From: Trichoplax adhaerens
Lineage: Eukaryota > Animalia > Placozoa
DNA: 64,000 nucleotides
Assembly: GCF_000150275.1 (NCBI RefSeq)
Contig: NW_002060943.1
Location: 11,842,878-11,906,877, forward strand
Direction: 5' to 3'
Shown here: positions 39,601 to 51,059 of the stretch, in pieces
How positions within the stretch are numbered: the first letter of the stretch is position 1
Layout of the letters: the number at the start of each line of letters is the position of its first letter
Made by a program: the position numbers and the translations under genes
Notes under the pieces: generated by a model
What the model was told of the DNA's origin: nothing
What the model saw: the letters and a program-made list of their open reading frames with translations, nothing else
Database searches by the model: none

Positions 39601-40915
39601 TGCTGATATAAATACTGGAGAAAGTACAGTAACTGGTAATATGCATGGAATGCCACTATCAATCTTAATGAAAGAATTAGAGGTTGGCATTTTAATTTCT
39701 TCGGAATTCAATTGTTATTATTCGAGTGGTCGATCAACAAATAGCTATCTAAAATTGATCGTTATAGCAAGATTCGTGAAATTTGTTGTCTTATTTTAAA
39801 AATTAACATTTTTCTTTTATTAAAGAAAAAAAGAATACCAGGATTTGAATGGGCTAAACCTTGGTATATAACGATAAATTCTTCAAATGAGATATTACAA
39901 TTCGTTATCAAATCGTTTACTTACGTGAAATGACGCTAGCCATTTCTAACAAGTATATTATTACGTGTAATATTCCTGTGAATTTATTTGATTAGTATGA
40001 CTGCGAAAGATATTGCATATATTGGCCTAAGAGACGTTGATCCTGAAGAATTGTAAGTAGAAAATACGTCTGTTTTAACATAATATTAAGAAAATATACT
40101 AGAGCAGCGCAAAATTGAATTATATTACACTGTTGCAGTAAGTACATAGAAGACATTGGCATTCATATGGCTACTATGGCTGATATCGATCATCATGGTA
40201 TGGGATCTGTCTTTGAAAGAGCTCTAGACACTATAAATCCAAGGTAAGAATAAGTTATTATGCAAAACAATAAATGATATAGAGATAACAAATTACATTT
40301 ACAGAAAGTGTATAGCTGAAATTTATTCCTTTGCCGAACTTTAGTTGATGCAATAATTAATCAAAGCTTTCATAAATACTCGGTAGTGATTCCTTTTGTA
40401 TTACAATTCTTAAAACTGCCAATTCGTTGTTACATTTGTAGACGTGATAGACCTCTTTTCGTGACGTGGGATATAGACGTTTTTGATCCTTCAGAAGCAC
40501 CAAGTACTGGCACTGCCGGTTAGTCAAGAATGTATAATAAGATTTGATAGCATTAGTCCAATGTCATGCACACCGTTATGTAATATACCAATTTTTATAG
40601 TTCGTGGCGGTCTTACATTGAGAGAAGGATTACATCTGGCGGAGCAAATCGCTAAAAGTGGTTCGTTAGTAATATCTATATAAAATATCTATGAACCCTT
40701 GTGATCTTTACTTATTGTTTGACATGATTATGACGGTATTTATTTACCTCTGAATGTCTGTCCTTTCAGGCTTATTGGTTGGATTTGATCTCGTTGAAGT
40801 AAACCCGAAGATAGGTTCACAAGAAGATGTTAAAAAAACTATGGATACTGCTTGTTTCATCATCGAGGCACTACTTGGTAAAACTAGAAGGGCCAATGTT
40901 TACCAGAAACGTTAA
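36621..40915 (+). CDS. ARG: Arginase, probably mitochondrial (type II-like)
   Basis: Presequence-like MSLAGRATRLPASIVTSAHGLRYYSK; IIGYPFSIGQ|PIDGVHLGP; Mn-ligand motifs GGDHS, IDTHADINT, TGNMHGMP, YIGLRDVD, WDIDVFDP..TGTAVRGGLT, DLVEVNP; stop TAA 40913-40915. Confidence 0.95.
37341..37660. repeat. Recent 165-bp tandem duplication in arginase intron 1
   Basis: gatcactagcctaattggaaatg... at 37341 and 37506, differing by only a few substitutions. Confidence 0.95.
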
Positions 40916-41695
40916 AGTAACAAACAATTCAATCGATAATATAACAAGCTTGTCACAGCAGAATCGTCGAATGTCAGCTTAGAAGCAATTATATCATGAC
41001 TATTGCTCAAAGGCGAACCTTTTCTATTAACTTTGCTTTTATCTTCATCTCTTAACAGATACGATACAATACTCTTATGACCATTTATCATAAATAATCG
41101 AATAACTTGCTTACAGTTTTATGTTGCCATAACTAGGCGACATGATGAATTGTTAGATTATTCTCCTTCAAATCGTATCAACCGCTGGGTTCAATACTGT
41201 TATAGCTAATATAATGAATTATGGTAGTACAATAAATTGATGATATTGTAACGATCTTAATTAATAAACAACAACGACGTTGCTCATATTATCATCTACT
41301 GCATTTCAGTAGCATTCTGTGTTACTTGACGGTGCAAATTAATGACAAGTAACGCGTGTATAGCAAAAGCCATAAGGTCAAAAATAGCCAAAGTTACGAT
41401 ATTTCACAAAAACAAGTTAACCTTTTATTTAAGTCTGTGCATACAAAAGTTACATTCCCTAATTAAAGTAATCAATTGAGTAAGCCAATAAAACTCTTAT
41501 ACGTGGTGTAGAAGAAATATCCGATGATATAATTACTCAATTTATACATGGAGGTCTACCGCTGTACCAAAGCTCTAAGGTTGACCACTCATCTCGTACA
41601 AAATTTTTATAGATTGGTAGTCTGAATTTTTTATACTTCATTCATAGCAAAAAAATTTTTTTTTGTATTACAAATTTTAATCATTCGAAGTAATT

Positions 41696-44272
41696 TTACT
41701 TGAAGGAAACTCCAAGTTTTTCCAAAACTTTAATCCCCTTTTCTTGGTACTCTTCGCGAGTCATCCAAAATTGTGGATTATCTTTCATGATATCTGATAA
41801 AACAGCACCTCCCAGAAACACCATGTGCTTACGTCTTGGAGGATCTTCAATGCGGATCTTGAATTTCTAGTTCAGTATGAGATGATATTTGTTAAATTTT
41901 AGAAGGTAGTCAGAAAATTGACTTGGTACAGTGCATTCTATAGAAATTCATTATACCCTTACCGATAACTGCGCAGTGTTTCCTTTCAAGACCCTTTCCA
42001 AATACAGCTGCTTCAATTCACGTTCTAAACGCGATGGTAAACCCGGGTACATTGTCGATCCACCAGATAGAACAATATGCTTATAAAATTCAGGACGAGT
42101 ATCAATATCGGCAGCATTAATTGCATTGAATAATACTTCTGCGACTCCACCACTTTCAACATTGACCAAATGCGGTTGAAATAGAATTTCAGGAGCTTCA
42201 AATCTTTCTCCACCTACTTTAATTACTCTACCGTCAGGTAGCTAGTGGTAGATGAGCCAATGAAATTGAAAGCAATCAAGATTTACAAGGTTAATAATGG
42301 AGGGAGACTTCTAAGGTGTACAAAGGATTCATCAATACAGTTTATAGTCTTATTTATTACCGTGTAAGTTTCAACCAGAACCGTAGTATCCAGCGCCAAC
42401 TTTTGCTCTTGCTCGATATTATAGCTGATGAATTAATTCATTTTTGTGGCTTAGTGATATAGTGTATATAGCAGAAAGGTAGAGAACGAGACCATCATTG
42501 AGTCAGCATGGAAGTAAAAACTTACCCAACGTAGCATAACTTTTCTTTCATAATGCGAACAGTTTCAAAATCGGCTGAATGATTGAACGCATAGCCCCTA
42601 AGCAGCAACAATTTAATTAAATAACGGGTAATATCGCGACCAGCAATATCTAAACGGCGAGTAAGATGAGGCAGTGAAAAGCCTTCATAAACTGGACATA
42701 TGTGAGTGACACCGTCGCCAGAATCCACCACAACACCCGTTAGTAATCCTAACATAGTAGTCACAATTTATATTACAGTTATTTTATATACGTATTGTAT
42801 ATGACAGCTCTTTTTTTTTTTAATTAATCCAAAAGCTTGATCACTCTACCTTGAGCATAGAGGGTTAAAACTGCTTGAATAGCAATATAGCAGCCTGCAA
42901 AACCATACTCTTCAAAAATTGTCTAATAATGATAATGGGAAAATAAAGCAAAATCAACTACTGCAAATTCAGACCTTTGAGTAGTAAAGGAAAGCATACC
43001 AATACAAGCAATAACAAGATGGACAAATTTTTATACTTTATGAGCTTTGCTTTAGGAAAGCATCCTATAGCACAAGCGAGATGACAGGACAGAATTGAAA
43101 ATTGCAAATTATTGCACCTGACTGGTTTGACGTACAAAAGTACACTAAATTGCTACTGCTTTCGTATTTGTTGGCGTAATCACCTCAGAATTATTCTATT
43201 ATTAGAATGTATATTGTAAAGTATTTCTATCATCATGACTATCGCCATCGAGACGCGTAACTTGACTGCCTATCACAGTAAACTGTTATTGTTTTAATTT
43301 GTTTTCAAGAAAGCTATTGGTATATCGACCATTTCCAATAGAATGAGCAATTAAGTTATACCTCAATCATTTTCTCTCTATTTTTCATGGGATTCATAGG
43401 AGGCTCGGTTAATAAAATCTTGAAGAAGGAATAAGAGTGATTTTTTACAATTGATTCGTTCAACATGATGGAGATTCCATGTAACATGATAGTGGAAAGA
43501 ATAGCATCCATACCTTGCATTTTTTTGCATCTATTTTCAGCTTGTTATCAAATGTATAATTCCAAACATGTTTCATATCATCCCAATTTCGGACAATTCC
43601 GTTATCCATAGGATAGTTTATATCCAGCATTGATCGTAATTCACTGGCTTCATCACCAACCATTAAGTCCTATGATGGCCAAAAAAATGGATACATAAAC
43701 TCAACGAAGGCCAGGCTAAAGAAAAAAATCCAATGAACAGTCTATCCATTCAACATGGATTGTACATAGAAAATAAATTGTACAGACTAATGCCATTGAT
43801 GAATAACGATATCGCAATCCATTGGCATTGCAAGTTTAGAATATAGCAAGGTGTTTTCGGCCATCTACTGATGCGTGTTAGGACAATCGACGACAAGACA
43901 GTGTATGCGCGCATACCATACCTTGATTTCGATATTACCAACTTTGGAACTGGAACGAATTAACGGTCGGCCAACAATGGAAGGGAATATATGGGAAGGA
44001 AAATTGGAGCCCGCATAACCACATTTAACGAACTAGACAATCAAGTAGAGAAATAAAATAGAGAATGAAAGAAAGAAATAGCCGCCGTTACTTTGCCTAA
44101 TGGACTGTAAGTCTCAAACTAGGCGTGTTTGGTTGTAGCCAATTTATGAGTGCAATGATTTTCAATCGGGAAAATACAAATTCCATCACTGTCTTTCTCC
44201 CTCTAACATAATCCATAGACTTACCCCAGTACCGTTGTCACAAACAACGATTTTATTCCCTTTAGCATCCAT
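41696..44272 (-). CDS. ACTR2: Actin-related protein 2 (Arp2/3 complex)
   Basis: Nine exons: [16 protein letters not shown]|[23 protein letters not shown]..|[15 protein letters not shown]..|[15 protein letters not shown]..|..[18 protein letters not shown]..|..[28 protein letters not shown]. These segments are Arp2-specific. Confidence 0.97.
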
Positions 44273-44918
44273 TGGAATCAATTGAAAAAGCAACAAACGA
44301 CTTGGCAAGTAAGCGACCAAGTTGCTTCCACTGCAATAAAATGGAGCTCGTCCGCTGGATACCGCAAAACTACGATAGTCCTACTAGTGGTGCCTTGTAT
44401 ATATACACAGTGTTGACTAGTTTGACGTGACTGCGAGGTTCCCTTTGGGCCTGGTACTGGCCATCATGGATTCCACCAAGTTTATACCGAAAGTTACCAA
44501 ACCAGTCTTGCAGTCTATAGTCAGTCATTGGTGACAGGCTACAGGCTACAGCAGTCCTTCTTCCCTGGAAGATACAATGCCATAGTCAAGGTGCAGTCCT
44601 GGGCTACAGTACTAAAAGTACCTTTCGTACGGTAGACCAGGGTACTATACACTGTAAAGGAAGGGGCTCGGAGTACCAATACTAGTCTTAGAAATGCACT
44701 CATGGACTACTAAAAGAAGAGTGGTCTTCTTTTAGTATGGACAGTGCTCTACAGTACAGTACTGTCCACATCTCGATCTCTCTACAGTGTACAGTATATC
44801 TCTTTACAGTACCTTTGTCCGTTGCGTACTGTACACTGTACAGTACTGTACGTTATGTTGGTGGTAGTCGGTATACCGAAAGTTACCAAACCAGTCTTGC
44901 AGTCTATAGTCAGTAGTA

Positions 44919-45635
44919 GTACTGTGGACGTTAGCCAGTTTTAATGAACGAACGTACGAACGTCCAATTTGAACGTCGGACGTTCATTGAACGTACCAAC
45001 GTACAGTACACAGTGTTAACACTACAGTATATACATAGTGTACACTGTACAGTACAGTACAGTACGGTATAAGACTATACAGTACTATACACTGTACTGT
45101 ACAGTACATACAGTAGTACTGTACGTAACAGCGTAGAGTATACTGTAGTCATGACTAGTACTGTGGACGTTAGCCAGTTTTAATGAACGAACGTACAGTA
45201 CAGTACAGTACGAACGTCCAATTTGAACGTCGGACGTTCATTGAACGTACAGTACAGTACAGTACCAACGTACACAGTGTACAGTGTTAACACTACAGTA
45301 TACTGTACTGTATACATAGTGTACTGTACTGTACACTGTACAGTACGGTATAAGACTATACAGTACTATACACTGTACATACAGTAGTACGTAACAGCGT
45401 ACAGTACAGTATACTGTAGTCATGACTCTGAAATACAAAGTGTTGTAAAAGACGTTTGTACTACTGTACTGTACTGTATGTATAGTATTGGGGTGGGATT
45501 ACAGTATACAAACTGACTGTATACACTGTACAGTACAGTTCGTCGACGTCCGATCTGACAACGAACGTACAGTACATACCGAACGTCCAAAATCGAACGT
45601 CCGTTGGACGTCCAATCGCTCGACGTCTACAGAAC
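44919..45635. mobile_element. Putative non-autonomous DNA transposon (MITE-like) with duplicated left arm
   Basis: Interrupts copy 2 of the host repeat. Imperfect terminal inverted repeats GTACTGTGGACGTT / GACGTCTACAGAAC; flanked by TAGTCAGTAGT at 44907-44917 and 45636-45646; subterminal GAACGT/GGACGT clusters at both ends; 44919-45157 is duplicated at 45158-45425. Confidence 0.5.
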
Positions 45636-46150
45636 TAGTCAGTAGTGGAGTTACAATACACTACTTCCCTGTATGATAGATACAATGCCATACTGTAGTC
45701 AAGGTGCAGTCCTGGACTACAGTACTAAAAGTACCTTTCGTACGGTAGACCAGGGTACTATACACTGTAAAGGAAGGGGCTCGGAGTACAGTACCAATAC
45801 TAGTCTTAGAAATGCAGTCATGGACTACTAAAAGAAGAGCAGTCTTCTTGACTGGTCTTCTTTTAGTATACATTGTACTGTACAGTACTGTCCACATCCC
45901 GACCTCTCTACAGTGTACAGTATACAGTATCTCTCTTACAGTATCTTTGTCCATTGCGTACTGTACACTATACTGTACAGTGTACAAGGTGTAGAATTTT
46001 TTTCTAGATAAATCAGTGAATATTTTTATGATTTATTTTCGAATAAAACCCATAAAACTGTATATCTGCTTACACACTAAATATGATAGTACCAAAAATG
46101 TGCTAACTACCCACACTAATTGCCGTGCCCAGTGTAGTATACAGTACAGT

Positions 46151-46472
46151 ACAGTAGGTTTAATTCTTTTTAGCAAGGATTGACATCGCGTACGTCATTC
46201 ATCATGGGCTACACCAGTCCATCTTCCAGTACCCTTGTCTATTGTGTACTGTACTGTATGTTATGTTGGTGGTAATCGGTACAGTAGGTTTAATTCATTT
46301 TAGCAAGGATTGACATCGCGTACGTCATTCATCATGGGCTACGCCAGTCCATCTTCCAGTAACCTTGTCTGTTGTGTGCTGTACTGTATGTTATGTTGGT
46401 GGTAATCGGTACAGTAGGTTTGATTTTAGCAAGGATTGACATCGCGTAAGTTATTCGTCATGGGCTCCATCT
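46151..46472. repeat. 130-bp tandem repeat, about 2.5 copies
   Basis: acagtaggttt..agcaaggattgacatcgcgta at 46151, 46281 and 46411. Confidence 0.92.
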
Positions 46473-46736
46473 TGCGGGGAACATGCAATGCCATAGTCAA
46501 GGTCCAGTCCAGTCCAGTCCTGGGCTACAGTACTAAAACTACCTTTAGTACGGTAGACGATGGTACTGTACACTGTACAAGACGGGACTTCCAGTACCAA
46601 TACGACTGTAGTCTTAATAGAAATACACTCATGGACTACTAGAGCGGTCTTCTTTTAGTAGTACTGTACAGTACATATCTCTTTTCTGGTCAAATTATTT
46701 GCGAACAAACGCGTATTTGTGAGTGCACCGTCAATC

Positions 46737-47240
46737 ATGTCATTGCCATCATTCTGCCTGTTTTCCTATGCAGTTTTGATGTCACTGTTGTCAGTGTCCT
46801 TGCCTTCGTATGTGTTATTTTTACCGTCATCATCATTCTGCATGTTTTCCTATGCAGTTTTGATGTCACTGTTGTCAGTGTCCTTGCCTTCGTATGTGTT
46901 ATTTTTACCGTCATCATCATTCTGCATGTTTTCCTATGCAGTTTTGATGTCACTGTTGTCAGTGTCCTTGCCTTCGTATGTGTTATTTTTACCGTCATCA
47001 TCATTCTGCATGTTTTCCTATGCAGTTTTGATGTCACTGTTGTCAGTGTCCTTGCCTTCGTATGTGTTATTTTTACCGTCATCATCATTCTGCTTGTTTT
47101 CCTATGCAGTTTTGATGTCACTGTTGTCAGTGTCCTTGCCTTCGTATGTGTTATTTTTACCGTCATCATCATTCTGCTTGTTTTCCTATGCAGTTTTGAT
47201 GTCACTGTTGCCTTCGTACGGGCTATTTTTACCGTCACCG
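46737..47240. repeat. 84-bp minisatellite, about 6 near-perfect copies
   Basis: tcattctgc(a/t/c)tgttttcctatgcag at 46749, 46833, 46917, 47001, 47085 and 47169; period is a multiple of 3. Confidence 0.97.
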
Positions 47241-47883
47241 TCTGAGCCTTCTGGTCCACCCGAAATCCCTGTACCGGTGCGTACTATACACCCTAAATAG
47301 TGGGGTTACAATACACTAGTGTAGAGCCATGAACTGCATAGTAAAGTACAGCATGTACAGCATAGAGTCCTTCAATGGAGTCAAAACGCGATAAAACCCG
47401 ATCAAATGGTTGATTTTCCAACCCGAAATGACTGCAATCGCTATACAAACACTGCATCACAACCACAATTACTTAACCTGGATTTCTCCGAGCTCCAGTT
47501 AGGTTCAAGTCGGGTTTCAGGTTGATCTTTGAAGGACACACTGGTACACGGTAGAGCACAGTTAACTGAAGCTGATGGAAATCATTCAAATCTACTGTAC
47601 TGTATTGCTTGAAATAATCAAGTCTTGATGCAAGTCCTGTAGGACAACGAGTAATAATGCCATACAAACGCGTCTACTGTAAATCTTTCTCATCTTGAAT
47701 CTTGTTGATGAATTGATTTTCATCTACTGCATTGCGCTTTTCAGTGAGTTAGTGACAATTATTTTGCTCACGACTTTTTGCATAGTACTTGTCCTTTTCC
47801 TTTGTTATTAGCTAGTAGAGGTTCCTACCGTAGCAGTGCAGGTGAATGTGTGCAAAAAAACTGTCGTCTCCCGCTCGTGTCGC

Positions 47884-48130
47884 TCTACAGTACAGTGTAC
47901 AGTATACTGTTACCTTACTACTGTACATTGTACTGTAGTATCATCACTTACAAACTCTCTCCAATTTAAGTATCACCCCCAGTCCGGTTTGCACTCTGGC
48001 AGTTCAAACGACTTTGTATAGTAAGGGAGCCGCTGCAATACCATGGATGGGAAATTGGGGTGACATTTTAACCTTCAATTATAAATCAATGGAATCAGTA
48101 TACTGTACGTATGGACTACTGCACTGTGCT
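47884..48130. repeat. TACAGTA/TACTGTA tract directly upstream of EXOSC5
   Basis: ctacagtacagtgtacagtatactg..tactgtacattgtactgtagta..cagtatactgtac, ending about 25 bp before the ATG. Confidence 0.8.
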
Positions 48131-48152
48131 GTGCTGCTCACATCTCTACAGC

Positions 48153-50231
48153 ATGATGGAGCTGGCCGACAGTCCAACACAGAAAGTTCTAAGCATCCGT
48201 AAATTAAAATGCAAGCAAAATTTACTTCGCAATGCCGATGGATCTGCTCGATTTTCACAAGGTAAGACAATCTTAAGGCATAGTTAAGCTTACATATCGT
48301 ACCACATATGTATAGTATTTCTACTGCTGAAATAGGTCAGCACTATTCCCCCCACGGCCATGCAACTCACAGTGGAGCATTGCAATCAATGAAACAGTCT
48401 ATCATATCCATTTTAGCAAGTAGAATTGCAAAGCATGAAATGAGAAAAAATGACTAACCTATCTTCATCGATGGGTTCCATTGCTGTCTTGCATTCGTTC
48501 GTTACTTAAAAATTCAACCAATGAGTTGTACTCTGCCTCCCCTCATATCCTCATGTTGAAGCGATGTCTTAGCTAGTAGGGATATAAATGATACGCGTCT
48601 ATGAAATAGAATATATTTACAATTGATGCAGAGATCAGATAAATCATCTGATCGTGACTTATTTAAAAGAATACTTCAGCCAATATGGAAATGCTGTCGA
48701 CATATACTTGCTATGGTCCTAATTCAATGTTAATATCGGATAATATCTTGAATGTGTTACTATTTAGGTGATACAACTGTCATTGCAGCCGTTTATGGCC
48801 CGGTGCAAGCTATAGCTAAAATGGAAAAACTCGAAGAAGCTACCGTAGAAGTTATATTTCAAGATACCAGTGGATTACAAAGTAAGGATGAGATTATAGT
48901 CAACAAAAATTACAATTAACCAAGCGATATCTCCATTCACTGTCTAAATGATAGGATACTAAAATTTTCTATACTTTACATGTGTATAGCGATTCATTGT
49001 TTAGTATGATCAACGATTGCAAAATAAGGACCAGATATACGTAGTTTACCTGAACTAATATTTCCAAAAATACTTTTAATCTATCGGTCAATAAAATCAA
49101 GTCTTTTAAAATAATCACTTCAAATGTAGATATGGGAATAAGTGCAGGGTACAGTAGATGTGTAAAATCATGTATGCTACCGATTCGCTATCTTACGGAT
49201 TGTGCGATTTTGACACTGCTGTCATGGCAATAATATAGTATATTGTACTAACTAACTAACTTTTAACTTATCTTCAATATAGGCTGCGATCATAGAAAAA
49301 TGGAACAATTTATTAAGAATAACTGTAAAGAAATCATACTTACACACGCTTATCCTCATACTGCAATTTCCATCATCATTCAGATAGAAATAGATGCTGG
49401 ATCGGTATGATATAAATGTGCAAAACATTTCTGGTCTAAGGCTTCCATAGACAATTATTTTTTTTTTTTAATTTAATTTATTGAACGTACCTACAGTTTA
49501 TTCAATTTTCAATCATAAATCAACATCCTAGTAGTTTCATAGTATTTACTGTAAATGATTACTAACATTATCAACCGGTGCAGTGTACAAATATTGCTAA
49601 AAATAAATAGCGTACATTCAGTCATGATTACACAGCGATGCTTGTAGAGGACGCAATCGCCTTCGTTATTCTGCTAGTTATTGTACACACTGTTTAGTAC
49701 GCGCTTAATTAATGCGATGAGATGACTTAGCTACAAAATTTCTCATTAACAATGATGATATTTACCATTTAGCTCTTATCGTGTGCTCTAAATGCATCAA
49801 TTATGGCCCTGATGAATGCTGCTGTGCCATTACGATATCTAATAGGGTGTGTTAGCTGCGCTGTATTAGGGGAGGATATTATTTGTGATCCGACAAAAGA
49901 TCAGGAAACAGTAAGCTATTATCAGCTGTACTAATCATAGTCAAAAGCAACCTATATCTTTTTACTAGCTATAACTCATATTATGCCTTTATAGACAATG
50001 TTATTAACTACTACACTTCCTATAACCCTGTAGACATCCAACTCCATAACTGCAGTAGTGCTCGATAACAAAAGCTTTGATGTAATTGGAATATCCTCTC
50101 AGTCTGGCGTTATAAAGATACCAATGTTTAGGAAGATTATCCAGACAGCCCGTGTAGCAGTGGAGAACATATTCGACTTTTACAAAGTATCAGTTCAAAA
50201 AAACTTAGAAAAGTTAAATAATTTGCAATAG
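48153..50231 (+). CDS. EXOSC5: Exosome complex component RRP46
   Basis: Missed by the ORF track. Five exons: MMELADSPTQKVLSIRKLKCKQNLLRNADGSARFSQ|GDTTVIAAVYGP..ATVEVIF..|..AYPHTAISIIIQIEIDAGS|LLSCALNASIMALMNAAVPL..DPTKDQET|..KLNNLQ*. RNase PH fold with Rrp46-type motifs. Confidence 0.9.
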
Positions 50232-51059
50232 AACTCTCTAAATAATGTATTTAATTTGTAATATCTTTCGAACTAAACAAGAATTTGTCAAGCGTTCATT
50301 CCTCAGCTACCTGAGAAATTCCTTTACCAATTACGGTATACTCCAGTAGTACGACAGTACTAACGGTTTATTGACAATATACTTGTGTATTGAAATCTAT
50401 TCCATTCGCCAGGTATTATATGAGTACTCTCCAATTGAATATTTTATACCACAATCATTTCAACAATATTATCGTCCACTGTAAATAGTTGGATGAAGAT
50501 AAACATTTATTGCACATTATAAATGATCCAAATTAGCTATGAATATATCAGACTTGGTGAAGTTTTAAACATTTCTGTAAAATTATGAATGGACTATGGC
50601 TTCACATGCCTTTTCGCTTCAATTATAGTTATTATTATATAAATTAATTAAATTATTCTATTATACAATAATGTTTGTATCGATATCTTTGAAAGTTTAA
50701 ACGTTATAGGGTATAATTAAACTTTTATGCTTTTGACACAAAGATAATGAGATTTAAATGGATTGACACATACAAGGTTCAGTAAGTGAATTTATAAATA
50801 GGGATGTAAAGCTTTATGAAACTATGATGCAATGTACTGGACACATATATAAATTTTACACCCTAAATTGATATACTGCACTATACTCAAAGATGGTTTA
50901 AAATACTGTACCTAAGCATCACATCCGGACTTTAAATAAATACAGCACATCGATAAATAATTCACGGTACAATCAATATGATACGAATACACGTAGTCTA
51001 ATAGAATTTTATTTACAGTATCCGTAATGTTATGAAGCCATCATTTACATGATAACTTA

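Larger units (their letters stand above)
44483..46680. repeat. Composite repeat domain: three diverged copies of a 200-390-bp unit with nested insertions
   Basis: Core caatgccatagtcaagg..ctacagtactaaaa..cggtagac..catggactacta..gtcttctttttagta at about 44575, 45684 and 46486; a 40-bp tataccgaaagttacc..ctatagtcagt repeated at 44483 and 44872. Confidence 0.9.

Noticed and set aside
46737-47240. CRISPR-like array
   Set aside because: Units are contiguous and near-identical with no unique spacers, no cas genes, and the context is eukaryotic.
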